Part shown: piece by piece, positions 1-8,747 of the stretch
Layout: every line of letters begins with the position of its first letter
How positions within the stretch are numbered: position 1 is the first letter of the stretch
Assembly (NCBI GenBank): GCA_028292665.1
Contig: JAQGLW010000074.1
Span: 314 to 64,313 of the forward strand
DNA from: Herminiimonas sp.
Lineage (GTDB): Bacteria > Pseudomonadota > Gammaproteobacteria > Burkholderiales > Burkholderiaceae_D
Reading direction: 5' to 3'
Length of the DNA: 64,000 nucleotides
Translations under genes and position numbers: made by a program
The notes under the pieces: model-generated
Databases searched by the model: none
Told to the model about the DNA's origin: nothing
The model's input: only the letters and a program-made list of their open reading frames with translations

Positions 1-22
1 ATTTATTTAGCGTGGAGTAATT

Positions 23-181
23 GTGGGTCAAAAGATGGTGCGAAACACGGAGTATCTGGCTTGGTCAAGCGAGGAAAAGCTGAAGACAGAAAAGCGAAAG
101 AGATTACGTTGGTTTTACATCGCAATCGGGCTGATTTCGGGAATCGCCGTGTGGCAATTTTTTAAATGGTTTATATCCTAG
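23..181 (+). CDS. hypothetical small single-pass membrane protein (52 codons, below the ORF-track cutoff)
   Basis: GTG at 23 lies 5 nt after GGAG (14-17); an in-frame ATG is at 35. Translation is ..SSEEKLKTEKRKRLRWFYIAIGLISGIAVWQFFKWFIS*, a basic patch followed by a hydrophobic helix. It is paralogous to the next small ORF. Confidence 0.35.
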   Translation: MGQKMVRNTEYLAWSSEEKLKTEKRKRLRWFYIAIGLISGIAVWQFFKWFIS

Positions 182-199
182 CTTTTGAACGGACTGCTC

Positions 200-343
200 A
201 TGGATACTGAGGAACCGGCACTCGAGCAGCGGCTTAGGGAAGAAAGAGGATTCAGGGCCGAAAAAAGGAAGCGTTTGGCGTGGATGGCTTTCACCGTTTT
301 AATCTGTATTGCCGCTGCCTGCGCACTTTTCTATCGTACATGA
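200..343 (+). CDS. hypothetical small single-pass membrane protein (47 codons)
   Basis: ATG at 200 and TGA at 341-343. Translation is MDTEEPALEQRLREERGFRAEKRKRLAWMAFTVLICIAAACALFYRT*. It shares the EKRKRLxW-plus-TM architecture with ORF 23..181. Confidence 0.35.
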   Translation: MDTEEPALEQRLREERGFRAEKRKRLAWMAFTVLICIAAACALFYRT

Positions 344-384
344 CAGCACACTTCATAGGAATGAAGAATGCTGAAGCCATGAGG

Positions 385-777
385 CTATCGCTCCAGAAGA
401 TTAAGAATCTCGGACAGCTCATTGCGAATCGCAACGGTGTCGACGTCCAGCGGAGGTAAACCGGCCGTCGGGTCGCTCTCTCCATCGACAAAATTGGCGG
501 CGCGGCTGTCGAGTTTGTTACGGGCGCCGCTGATGGTGAATCCCTGCTCATACAGCAGCTCGCGAATGCGTCGGATGAGCAGCACTTCGTGATGTTGATA
601 ATAGCGGCGATTACCACGTCGCTTCACAGGTTTCAGTTGCGTGAATTCCTGTTCCCAATAACGCAAAACATGCGGTTTAACGCCACACAGATCACTGACT
701 TCGCCAATCGTGAAATAGCGTTTTGCCGGAATTGGCGGCAAAACGATTAGCTCTGGTTTACTGACTCGATCGTTCAT
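385..777 (-). CDS. MerR-family transcriptional regulator
   Basis: 130 aa. The N-terminal HTH (YFTIGEVSDLCGVKPHVLRYWEQEF...RRGNRRYY) is typical of the MerR family. It sits just downstream of ihfA. Confidence 0.85.
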   Translation of the reverse strand: MNDRVSKPELIVLPPIPAKRYFTIGEVSDLCGVKPHVLRYWEQEFTQLKPVKRRGNRRYYQHHEVLLIRRIRELLYEQGFTISGARNKLDSRAANFVDGESDPTAGLPPLDVDTVAIRNELSEILNLLER

Positions 778-788
778 GATTGGCTAAT

Positions 789-1202
789 TTAAACAACGTG
801 CACAAGCGTCTTTTGTCTGGCGATTTCAACCATGCCCTTGAGTTTTTGGCTTGCGTGGAAAGTGACGACGCGGCGCGCAGTAATCGGTATCTCTTCCCCG
901 GTTTTTGGATTGCGGCCGGGCCGTTGCGGTTTGTCACGCAACTGGAAATTACCAAAGCCGGACAATTTTACCGACTCACCCCGCTCCAACGCATTGCGGA
1001 TTTCGTCGAAAAATGTTTCCACCATATCCTTGGCTTCACGCTTGTTCAAGCCGACTTGTTCAAAAAGAAGTTCGGCCAATTCCGCTTTGGTCAGGGTAGG
1101 CAGGCTTTTTTCGACCTGCGAGCGTGCCTGCGCCTCAAGCACTGCGCGATTGAGATCTGCGGCCAAAACAGATTGGAGTTCGGCTGAATTCACGTCATTC
1201 AT
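789..1202 (-). CDS. ihfA: integration host factor subunit alpha
   Basis: [71 protein letters not shown] is the canonical IHF/HU fold. An N-terminal extension as seen here is common in Burkholderiales. Its position after pheT is conserved. Confidence 0.9.
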   Translation of the reverse strand: MNDVNSAELQSVLAADLNRAVLEAQARSQVEKSLPTLTKAELAELLFEQVGLNKREAKDMVETFFDEIRNALERGESVKLSGFGNFQLRDKPQRPGRNPKTGEEIPITARRVVTFHASQKLKGMVEIARQKTLVHVV

Positions 1203-1223
1203 AGTAATTTGTCCCCGCCCGCC

Positions 1224-3656
1224 TCAACTACGCAACCTTGCGCCATATTTTTTATTTGCGGCTGTCACGAACGCGGCCATCGTAGCGTCCACCATGTCGT
1301 CTTGCAGGGTAGTTTGAGTATCTTGCAAGGTGAACCGGAAAGCAAGACTTTTTTCGTCATTTTCCAATCCCTTGCCTCGATATTCATCAAATAAAACAAT
1401 AGCTTGCATGATCTGACAGCGAGAATTTATTTCTTTTTCAGCAATAAAAACATCGATCAGATCCTGCGCTGGAACGGATTGTTTAACGACTAATGCAATA
1501 TCCCGTATCACAGCCGGAAATTTCGAAATCTCCTGATAAACGGGAATGTTCCGCGCCTGCAGTGCCGCCGCCTCGACTTCGAACACGACAGGAGCGAGCG
1601 GCAAGTCATATTTTTGCTGCAAGCGCGGATGCAGCTCGCCTATAAAGCCGATGACTTTATCCTCCAGCACGATGTGAGAAGCACGTCCCGGATGCAGCGC
1701 CGGATGCTCGGCGGCCTTGACGAAGCGAAGCGCTCCCGGAGCAAACAATGCCTCCAGGTCGGCTTTGATATCGAAGTAATCGACATTGCGTGCCGGTTGC
1801 CCCCATTGCTCCTCTGCCACCGGACCATAGGCCAATGCAGCAATGCGTTTTGGCTGATCGTATCCGGCGACCGATAACGGACCGTCTGCAACCTCTGAAT
1901 TGCGCAGGTAAACCGCACCGACCTCGAAAAGGCGCACACGGTCAAGCTTGCGGTTCAAGTTATATCGCACATTCGCGACCAGACTGCCGAGCAACGACGA
2001 ACGCATCACACTCATCTGGCTTGCGATTGGATTAAGCAGCTTGATCGGGCTCGCGTTGCCTGCGAAATCGATTTCCCATGCTTCTTCGACAAAGCTGAAA
2101 TTAATCACTTCCTGATAGTCGAGATCCGCCAGTTGGCGGCGAATCGTAAATATGGAACGCGTGTTTTCCGGCGCGATGCGCATTGCATTCGCTGCAATCG
2201 GCGGTGAAGCCGGAATATTCTCGAAACCATAGACGCGCGCGATTTCTTCGATCAGATCTTCTTCGATCTCGATATCGAAACGATAGGATGGCGGCGTGAC
2301 GGCAAAGACACCCGGCTGTCGGGTGAAAGTCAAACCCAGCCGCGTGAAAATATCGGCAACCTGCTCATCCGACAAAGGCACACCGATCACCCTGACAGCA
2401 CGCGCAGTGCGGACATTGACCGGAAGGCGTTGCGGCAGGCTGATAATATGATCGTCTACCGGCCCGACCGCGGTCTTGCCTTTCTGACCGCAAATTTCGA
2501 CGATGAGCGCAGTGATGCGCTCGATGTGTTCGACGGTGGTTGCGTAATCGACCCCGCGCTCAAAACGATGTGCTGCGTCGGTCGAGAAATTATAGCGTCG
2601 GGCACGCCCCTGAATCGCCTGCGGCCACCAGAACGCGGCTTCGAGATAAATGTCGCGTGTATCGAGCGATACGGCAGTGGCATCACCGCCCATGATGCCG
2701 GCGAGCGATTCGATTTCGCGCTCGTCCGCTATCACGCCGATCCACTCGTCGACCTCGACGGTACTGCCGTTCAAGAGCTTGAGCGATTCGCCCTTTTTGC
2801 CCCATCGAACGTCCAAGCCGCCATGAATTTTGTCGAGGTCAAACACGTGAGTCGGGCGCCCCAGTTCGAGCATCACATAATTGGAAATATCGACCAATGC
2901 GGAAATCGAACGTTGACCGCTGCGCTCCAGACGCTGCTTCATCCAGTCAGGCGTTTTTGCCTTCGCATTGAGGCCGCGGATGATGCGGCCGGAAAAGCGG
3001 CCGCATAAATCAGGAGCAGAAATCCTGACAGGCAATTTATCGTCAATCGTCGCCGCCACCGGCTGGTAGGCCGGCATCTTGACCGGCGTTCCGGTCAAAG
3101 CCGACACTTCACGAGCGACACCCAGCACCGACAGGCAATCGGCCTTGTTCGGCGTCAGCTTGATGGTGAACTTGAGATCGTTCAGTTGATAATAGTCGCG
3201 AAAATTCTGGCCGATCGGCGCATCCTCAGGCAAGTCCAGCAAGCCGCCATGATCTTCCGATAATTTCAGTTCACGCGCGGAACACAGCATCCCCTGCGAT
3301 TCGACGCCGCGCAGTTGACCAACCTTGATTTCGAATGGCTTGCCGTCGTCTCCGGGCGGGAGAACAGCGCCGGCCATCGCGCACGGCACTTTCATGCCGA
3401 CCCTTACGTTGGGTGCGCCGCAGACGATATTCAACAGCGTACCGGTGCCCACATCAACCTGACAAACATTCAGGCGATCGGCGTTGGGATGCTTGGCGAT
3501 TTCGAGTACTTTGGCAACCACCACATTGGAAAATGGCGGCGCGACAGGCTCGACCTCTTCCACTTCCAGGCCCGACATCGTAAGCAAGTGCGCCAATTCG
3601 TCCGAAGTCATTTTCGGATCGACTATCGTACGGAGCCAGCTTTCGGAGAATTGCAT
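1224..3656 (-). CDS. pheT: phenylalanine--tRNA ligase beta subunit
   Basis: 810-aa ORF starting MQFSESWLR..., with tRNA-binding, B3/4 and B5 regions. It lies downstream of pheS. Confidence 0.97.
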   Translation of the reverse strand: MQFSESWLRTIVDPKMTSDELAHLLTMSGLEVEEVEPVAPPFSNVVVAKVLEIAKHPNADRLNVCQVDVGTGTLLNIVCGAPNVRVGMKVPCAMAGAVLPPGDDGKPFEIKVGQLRGVESQGMLCSARELKLSEDHGGLLDLPEDAPIGQNFRDYYQLNDLKFTIKLTPNKADCLSVLGVAREVSALTGTPVKMPAYQPVAATIDDKLPVRISAPDLCGRFSGRIIRGLNAKAKTPDWMKQRLERSGQRSISALVDISNYVMLELGRPTHVFDLDKIHGGLDVRWGKKGESLKLLNGSTVEVDEWIGVIADEREIESLAGIMGGDATAVSLDTRDIYLEAAFWWPQAIQGRARRYNFSTDAAHRFERGVDYATTVEHIERITALIVEICGQKGKTAVGPVDDHIISLPQRLPVNVRTARAVRVIGVPLSDEQVADIFTRLGLTFTRQPGVFAVTPPSYRFDIEIEEDLIEEIARVYGFENIPASPPIAANAMRIAPENTRSIFTIRRQLADLDYQEVINFSFVEEAWEIDFAGNASPIKLLNPIASQMSVMRSSLLGSLVANVRYNLNRKLDRVRLFEVGAVYLRNSEVADGPLSVAGYDQPKRIAALAYGPVAEEQWGQPARNVDYFDIKADLEALFAPGALRFVKAAEHPALHPGRASHIVLEDKVIGFIGELHPRLQQKYDLPLAPVVFEVEAAALQARNIPVYQEISKFPAVIRDIALVVKQSVPAQDLIDVFIAEKEINSRCQIMQAIVLFDEYRGKGLENDEKSLAFRFTLQDTQTTLQDDMVDATMAAFVTAANKKYGARLRS

Positions 3657-3820
3657 AGTTAAAACCTTCGGAGACCTTGATTTGTTCCTATCCCGTCAAG
3701 GGAAGGATCGAGCTGGAAGAGGCCAAATGGCACTGCCCCATTCCTCACCTGATCTTTCCCCCTCGTCTTCCAAAGAAACTTCTTCCGGAACGAAGGGGAA
3801 GGAACTTGAATGATTGGTTT

Positions 3821-4837
3821 TTAATTGAATTGCTTCAGGAAACGCAAATCGCCTTCATAGAACAACCGCAAATCGTTGATGCCGTAGCGCAGCATCGTCA
3901 ACCGCTCCAGGCCGGAGCCGAATGCGAAGCCGATGTATTGTTCCGGATCGAGGCCCATGTTGCGCACGACCGTCGGATGCACCTGGCCTGCGCCCGAGAC
4001 TTCCAGCCAGCGCCCTTTCAACGGTCCGCTGCCGAATGCGATATCGATTTCAGCCGAGGGCTCCGTAAACGGGAAATAAGATGGGCGAAAGCGCACCTGC
4101 AAATCGTCGGTTTCAAAAAATGCCTTCACGAAATTCAGATATACGCCCTTCAGGTCAGCGAAGCTGATGTCTTCCGCGATCCACAATCCTTCGACCTGAT
4201 GAAACATCGGTGAATGGGTCGCATCGCTATCGACACGGTAGGTGCGGCCCGGCGCAATCACTTTGATCGGCGGCTTATGCATCCGTGCATAGCGCACCTG
4301 CATCGGACTGGTATGCGTACGCAGCAGCAGCTGCTTGCCCTGGCTATCTTTGCCATCGACGTAAAAGGTGTCCTGCATCGAGCGTGCGGGATGATTTTCC
4401 GGACTGTTCAACGCGGTGAAATTGGTCCAGTCGGTTTCGATTTCAGGTCCGTCGGCAACGTCAAAACCGATGGAACCGAAAATCTCTTCAACCCTTTGCC
4501 AGGTACGCATCACCGGATGGATACCGCCGATGCCGCGACCACGGCCAGGCAGCGTCACATCAATCGCTTCGGCATTCAGGCGCGCCTGCATCTGCGCATT
4601 GGCAAGCGCGTCGCGGCAGGCGTTGAGCGCGGCTTCTATCTGCTCTTTGGCGGCATTGATGACAGCGCCCTGCGTCTTGCGCTGGTCCGGTGCCAGCTTG
4701 CCCAATGCCTTCATCTGCTCGGTGATCTGGCCGGTTTTTCCGAGGTATTTCGCTTTCGCGTTTTCCAGTGCAGCGGCATCCTCCGCATTGGAAAAATCGG
4801 CTTGTGCCTGTGTTACAAGTTGTTCTAAGGAACTCAT
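3821..4837 (-). CDS. pheS: phenylalanine--tRNA ligase alpha subunit
   Basis: Class II aaRS motifs are present ([19 protein letters not shown]). I trimmed the ORF-track start (4885) to the internal ATG at 4837 (MSSLEQLV...), because codons 1-16 read through the rplT terminator T-run. Confidence 0.93.
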   Translation of the reverse strand: MSSLEQLVTQAQADFSNAEDAAALENAKAKYLGKTGQITEQMKALGKLAPDQRKTQGAVINAAKEQIEAALNACRDALANAQMQARLNAEAIDVTLPGRGRGIGGIHPVMRTWQRVEEIFGSIGFDVADGPEIETDWTNFTALNSPENHPARSMQDTFYVDGKDSQGKQLLLRTHTSPMQVRYARMHKPPIKVIAPGRTYRVDSDATHSPMFHQVEGLWIAEDISFADLKGVYLNFVKAFFETDDLQVRFRPSYFPFTEPSAEIDIAFGSGPLKGRWLEVSGAGQVHPTVVRNMGLDPEQYIGFAFGSGLERLTMLRYGINDLRLFYEGDLRFLKQFN

Positions 4838-4868
4838 GCGGTTTTTCCCGCTCGTGGAATGGAAGCTC

Positions 4869-4904
4869 AAAATAAAACGGGGCACAGGTGTTTGCCTTTG
4901 CCCC
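4869..4904 (-). terminator. rho-independent terminator or attenuator after rplT
   Basis: The minus-strand RNA reads GGGGCAAAGG-caaaca-CCTGTGCCCC followed by GUUUUAUUUU. Confidence 0.6.
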
Positions 4905-4947
4905 GCCAGAATACTACAGCATCATCCGGAGATAATGCGTATGAACA

Positions 4948-5307
4948 TTAAGCAGCGATGTTAGCCTTCACCTGATGGACAATCGCGGCAAATGCCGGTT
5001 TGTCCATCACTGCCATATCGGCCAGAACTTTACGGTCCAGCTCGATCGAAGCTTTCTTCAGACCGTTCATGAACACGCTGTAGGTCATGCCGTGCTCGCG
5101 CGATGCGGCATTGATACGGGTGATCCATAGCGCACGGAACACGCGCTTCTTGTTGCGGCGGTCACGATATGCATATTGACCGGCGCGCATGACGGCCTGC
5201 TTGGCGATCCGGTAAACCTTACTGCGACGACCACGATAGCCTTTGGCCTGGTCGAGAACTTTTTTATGACGGGCCCGTGCTGTGACCCCACGTTTTACTC
5301 TAGGCAT
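4948..5307 (-). CDS. rplT: 50S ribosomal protein L20
   Basis: 119 aa, [18 protein letters not shown]... is canonical L20. Confidence 0.97.
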   Translation of the reverse strand: MPRVKRGVTARARHKKVLDQAKGYRGRRSKVYRIAKQAVMRAGQYAYRDRRNKKRVFRALWITRINAASREHGMTYSVFMNGLKKASIELDRKVLADMAVMDKPAFAAIVHQVKANIAA

Positions 5308-5334
5308 GGTTACTCCTTAAATATCGGTGTGAGG

Positions 5335-5532
5335 TTAAGCGAACGGCATCATTGAACGAACGGAGACCATGTTTGTATCATGGACCTCGGTTGCACCGCG
5401 CAATTGACGTTTGGATTTGGTGGTTTTTTTGGTCAGGATGTGCCGCTTGAAGGCTTGACCGCGCTTGACGGTTCCACCCGGACGTACACGAAAACGCTTT
5501 TTAGCGCCGCTCTTCGTCTTCATTTTAGGCAT
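5335..5532 (-). CDS. rpmI: 50S ribosomal protein L35
   Basis: The internal start gives [36 protein letters not shown]... (65 aa). The longer 141-aa ORF in the track is an upstream read-through. Confidence 0.95.
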   Translation of the reverse strand: MPKMKTKSGAKKRFRVRPGGTVKRGQAFKRHILTKKTTKSKRQLRGATEVHDTNMVSVRSMMPFA

Positions 5533-5699
5533 AGCAATAGCTGTCCTTTGGACAGTTCCATATTTAGCATGATTGCAGGTGGCAACACTACGTTGCGCTT
5601 GGGTGCCTGCTTTCACTTGTTTATGCGGCGAAATCGAGTCCGCCGCTATTTGCACAAACCGTCCATTGTTACCGGACGATTCATGCGAATTATCGAAGC

Positions 5700-6221
5700 T
5701 TACTTTTTCTTCTTCGGCGCCAGCACCATGATCATCTGGCGGCCTTCCATCTTGGGCCACTGCTCGACCTGTCCATACGGTTCCAAATCCGCCTTCAGGC
5801 GCTCCAGCATGCGCATGCCGATATCCTGATGCGCCATTTCACGGCCGCGGAAGCGCAACGTGATCTTGGTTTTATCGCCATCGTCCAGAAACTTGACCAG
5901 GTTGCGCAGCTTGATGTTGTAGTCGCCTTCGTCAGTACCCGGACGGAATTTCACTTCCTTGACCAGAATGACCTTCTGCTTCAACTTGGCTTCGTGGGCT
6001 TTTTTCTGTTCCTGGTATTTGAATTTGCCATAGTCCATCAAACGGCACACGGGCGGTTGCGCGGTAGGCGCAATTTCCACCAGATCCACGTTTGCCTCTT
6101 CCGCCATGCGGAAGGCTTCAGCCAAACTCACGATACCGATCGGTTCGTTCTCGACTCCACTTAATCGCACTTCCTGTGCTGTTATTTCGCCGTTGATGCG
6201 ATGCGACTTGTCCGTAGCTAT
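5700..6221 (-). CDS. infC: translation initiation factor IF-3, with a probable non-canonical AUA start
   Basis: The conserved N-terminus (I)[21 protein letters not shown] continues in frame upstream of the track start. An ATA codon at 6221-6219 lies 6 nt after AAGGAA. infC genes classically use a rare AUU-class start. Confidence 0.88.
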   Translation of the reverse strand: MATDKSHRINGEITAQEVRLSGVENEPIGIVSLAEAFRMAEEANVDLVEIAPTAQPPVCRLMDYGKFKYQEQKKAHEAKLKQKVILVKEVKFRPGTDEGDYNIKLRNLVKFLDDGDKTKITLRFRGREMAHQDIGMRMLERLKADLEPYGQVEQWPKMEGRQMIMVLAPKKKK

Positions 6222-6269
6222 TGTAGTTTCCTTTTAAAGTCAAATGATTCAGCCGCGCATACATGCGGA

Positions 6270-6416
6270 GTCTCACAAATAACCGAACATCAAAACGCGT
6301 CTTCGAGTCCTGCAGCATTGACGCAAATCATTGCGACAGAAACAGCTGTCGCCACGGTTTGCGCCCAACTGCAAACCAAAATCCTTCGTTTTCGTTCGTT
6401 CGCTTATTTGTGAGAC
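6270..6416 (-). promoter_or_regulatory. structured RNA/DNA element in the thrS-infC spacer
   Basis: A 19-nt inverted repeat (6270-6288 and 6398-6416, 18/19 complementary) encloses three local hairpins at 6322-6335, 6335-6350 and 6356-6377. Confidence 0.45.
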
Positions 6417-6443
6417 CCTGCACTACGCTTCGGTTCGCACCGG

Positions 6444-8351
6444 TCAGGCTTTGGTGGCAACCTCGCTATGGAGGCGTTCCACCAGCTTGTCGATGGACAT
6501 TACGCCCAGATCGACGTTGCCCCGCGCACGCACGGCCACTGTGTTTGCATCCCGCTCCTTATCGCCCACAACGACGATGTAAGGCAGTTTTTGTACAGAA
6601 TGCTCTCGTATTTTATAGGTTATTTTCTCATTACGCAAATCGGCATGTACTCTAAACCCTTGTTTTTTCAGGTTTTGTGCGACATTTTGCGCATAATCGG
6701 CTTGAGCGTCCGAAATGTTGAGCACCGCAATTTGCACCGGCGCCAACCAGAGCGGCAATGCGCCGGCATAGTTTTCAATCAACATGCCGATAAAGCGCTC
6801 GAGCGAACCGAGGATCGCCCGATGCAGCATGACAGGAACCTTGCGGGTATTGTCTTCAGCTACATACTCCGCTTCCAGGCGCACCGGCATTGAAAAGTCC
6901 ACTTGCATCGTGCCGCATTGCCACATACGGCCAATCGCGTCTTTCAGCGTGTATTCGATTTTCGGGCCGTAGAATGCGCCTTCGCCCGGAGAAATTTCGA
7001 ATTCGCATCCGGAGCGTTTCAGCGATTCGATCAATGCATTTTCCGCTTTATCCCATGCCTCATCCGAGCCGACCCGTTTTTCCGGACGGGTTGCGACTTT
7101 GTAAATGATTTCGGTAAAACCAAAGTCCTGATAGACCTTCTGCAATAGCGCCGTGTAGGCTACGCATTCGTCCAGGATCTGGTCTTCGGTACAGAAAATA
7201 TGTCCATCGTCCTGCGTAAAGCCCCGCACCCGCATCATGCCGTGCAGAGAACCCGAGGGCTCGTTCCTATGGCATTGGCCGAATTCGCCGTAGCGCAGCG
7301 GCAATTCCCGATAGGAATGCATGTTGGAACGGAAAATCTGGATATGTCCCGGACAATTCATCGGCTTCACGGCGTAAGAGCGGTTCTCCGACTCGGTCGT
7401 GAACATGTTCTCTTTGTAATTTTCCCAATGGCCGGATTTTTCCCAGAGACTGCGGTCCAGGATTTGCGGCGCTTTCACTTCCTGGTAGCCGTTGTCCTGA
7501 TAAATCCGGCGCATATACTGCTCGACCTGTTGCCATACAGTCCAGCCTTTCGGATGCCAGAAAATCAGGCCCGGCGCCTCGTCCTGGAAATGGAATAAGT
7601 CCAGTGCACGGCCGAGCTTGCGGTGATCGCGCTTTTCGGCTTCCTCCAGCATGTGCAAATAGGCTTCCTGCTCTTCCTTCTTCGCCCATGCAGTGCCGTA
7701 CACGCGTTGCAGCATCTCGTTTTTCGAATCGCCGCGCCAGTAGGCGCCAGCCAGCTTCATCAGCTTGAATACTTTCAGCTTGCCGGTGGACGGCACGTGC
7801 GGCCCGCGGCACAGGTCGGTAAACTTGCCTTCCGTATAGAGCGACACATCCTGGTCTGCCGGAATCGATTCAATGATTTCTGCCTTGTACGCTTCGCCAA
7901 TCGACTTGAAATAGGCAACCGCCTCATCGCGCGGCAACACTTTGCGCGTAACCGGCTCATCTTTTTTGGCAAGTTCCGCCATCTTTTTCTCGATGGTTTC
8001 CAGGTCTTCCGGCGTGAACGGACGCTTATACGAAAAATCATAGTAAAAGCCGTTCTCGATCACCGGTCCGATCGTCACCTGTGCATCCGGAAACAGCTCC
8101 TTGACTGCGTAGGCAAGCAAGTGCGCGGTCGAATGGCGGATCACCTCCAGCCCGCCCGCATCCTTATCCGTCACGATTGCCAGATCGGCATCATGATCGA
8201 TCAAGAAAGCCGTATCGACCAGCTTGCCATCCACTTTGCCGGCAAGCGCTGCTTTGGCAAGACCGGCGCCGATGCTTGCGGCGACTTGCGCAACCGTGAC
8301 GGGTGCGTCGAACTGGCGTTGCGAACCATCGGGAAGTCGGACTGAAACCAT
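6444..8351 (-). CDS. thrS: threonine--tRNA ligase
   Basis: [15 protein letters not shown]... with TGS, editing and class II core regions. I chose the second ATG (8351) because GGAGAG lies 4-6 nt upstream of it. The ORF-track start is 8363. Confidence 0.95.
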   Translation of the reverse strand: MVSVRLPDGSQRQFDAPVTVAQVAASIGAGLAKAALAGKVDGKLVDTAFLIDHDADLAIVTDKDAGGLEVIRHSTAHLLAYAVKELFPDAQVTIGPVIENGFYYDFSYKRPFTPEDLETIEKKMAELAKKDEPVTRKVLPRDEAVAYFKSIGEAYKAEIIESIPADQDVSLYTEGKFTDLCRGPHVPSTGKLKVFKLMKLAGAYWRGDSKNEMLQRVYGTAWAKKEEQEAYLHMLEEAEKRDHRKLGRALDLFHFQDEAPGLIFWHPKGWTVWQQVEQYMRRIYQDNGYQEVKAPQILDRSLWEKSGHWENYKENMFTTESENRSYAVKPMNCPGHIQIFRSNMHSYRELPLRYGEFGQCHRNEPSGSLHGMMRVRGFTQDDGHIFCTEDQILDECVAYTALLQKVYQDFGFTEIIYKVATRPEKRVGSDEAWDKAENALIESLKRSGCEFEISPGEGAFYGPKIEYTLKDAIGRMWQCGTMQVDFSMPVRLEAEYVAEDNTRKVPVMLHRAILGSLERFIGMLIENYAGALPLWLAPVQIAVLNISDAQADYAQNVAQNLKKQGFRVHADLRNEKITYKIREHSVQKLPYIVVVGDKERDANTVAVRARGNVDLGVMSIDKLVERLHSEVATKA

Positions 8352-8424
8352 TTTGCTCTCCATGTCGGCGCTATATCAGAGTACCGACGCCAGATTAATA
8401 TTGAACAACTGAAAAATACGGACG

Positions 8425-8448
8425 AAAAAAAACGCGGACCAGCCGCGC
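8425..8448 (-). terminator. rho-independent terminator after tRNA-Val
   Basis: The minus-strand RNA has a GCGCGG-cugg-uCCGCG(U) hairpin followed by 8 U. Confidence 0.55.
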
Positions 8449-8575
8449 TTTTTCAATTTGCAATGACGAAAAAGATCCCGACTAGCGTCGCTCCCAAACC
8501 GAAGTAGTGGTAGTTCGCGGTGTCATAACCGGATCGCCTTTCTCGCTCTTACAAAGAGGTATTACTGATTTTCGT

Positions 8576-8652
8576 TGGTAGGCACGATTGGACTCGAACC
8601 AACGACCCCTACCATGTCAAGGTAGTGCTCTAACCAGCTGAGCTACGCGCCT
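8576..8652 (-). tRNA. tRNA-Val (anticodon GAC)
   Basis: AGGCGCGTAGCTCAGCTGGTTAGAGCACTACCTTGACATGGTAGGGGTCGTTGGTTCGAGTCCAATCGTGCCTACCA folds as a cloverleaf. It has a 7-bp acceptor stem, anticodon loop TTGACAT, a TPsiC arm and an encoded CCA. Confidence 0.95.
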
Positions 8653-8747
8653 AAAGAAGCGAAATTATAGCGGCAATTTGGTATTTTCGCTAGTGCCTTG
8701 TTCCGACCCGGACATTTCCATTCCGTGTTCCGGTCACGTCCCGATCG

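Noticed and set aside
4838-4885. In-frame N-terminal extension of pheS ([16 protein letters not shown]), considered as a pheM-like Phe-rich leader peptide
   Set aside because: It has only two Phe codons. The TTT/ATT codons are simply the U-run of the rplT terminator read in frame, so this is not an attenuation leader.
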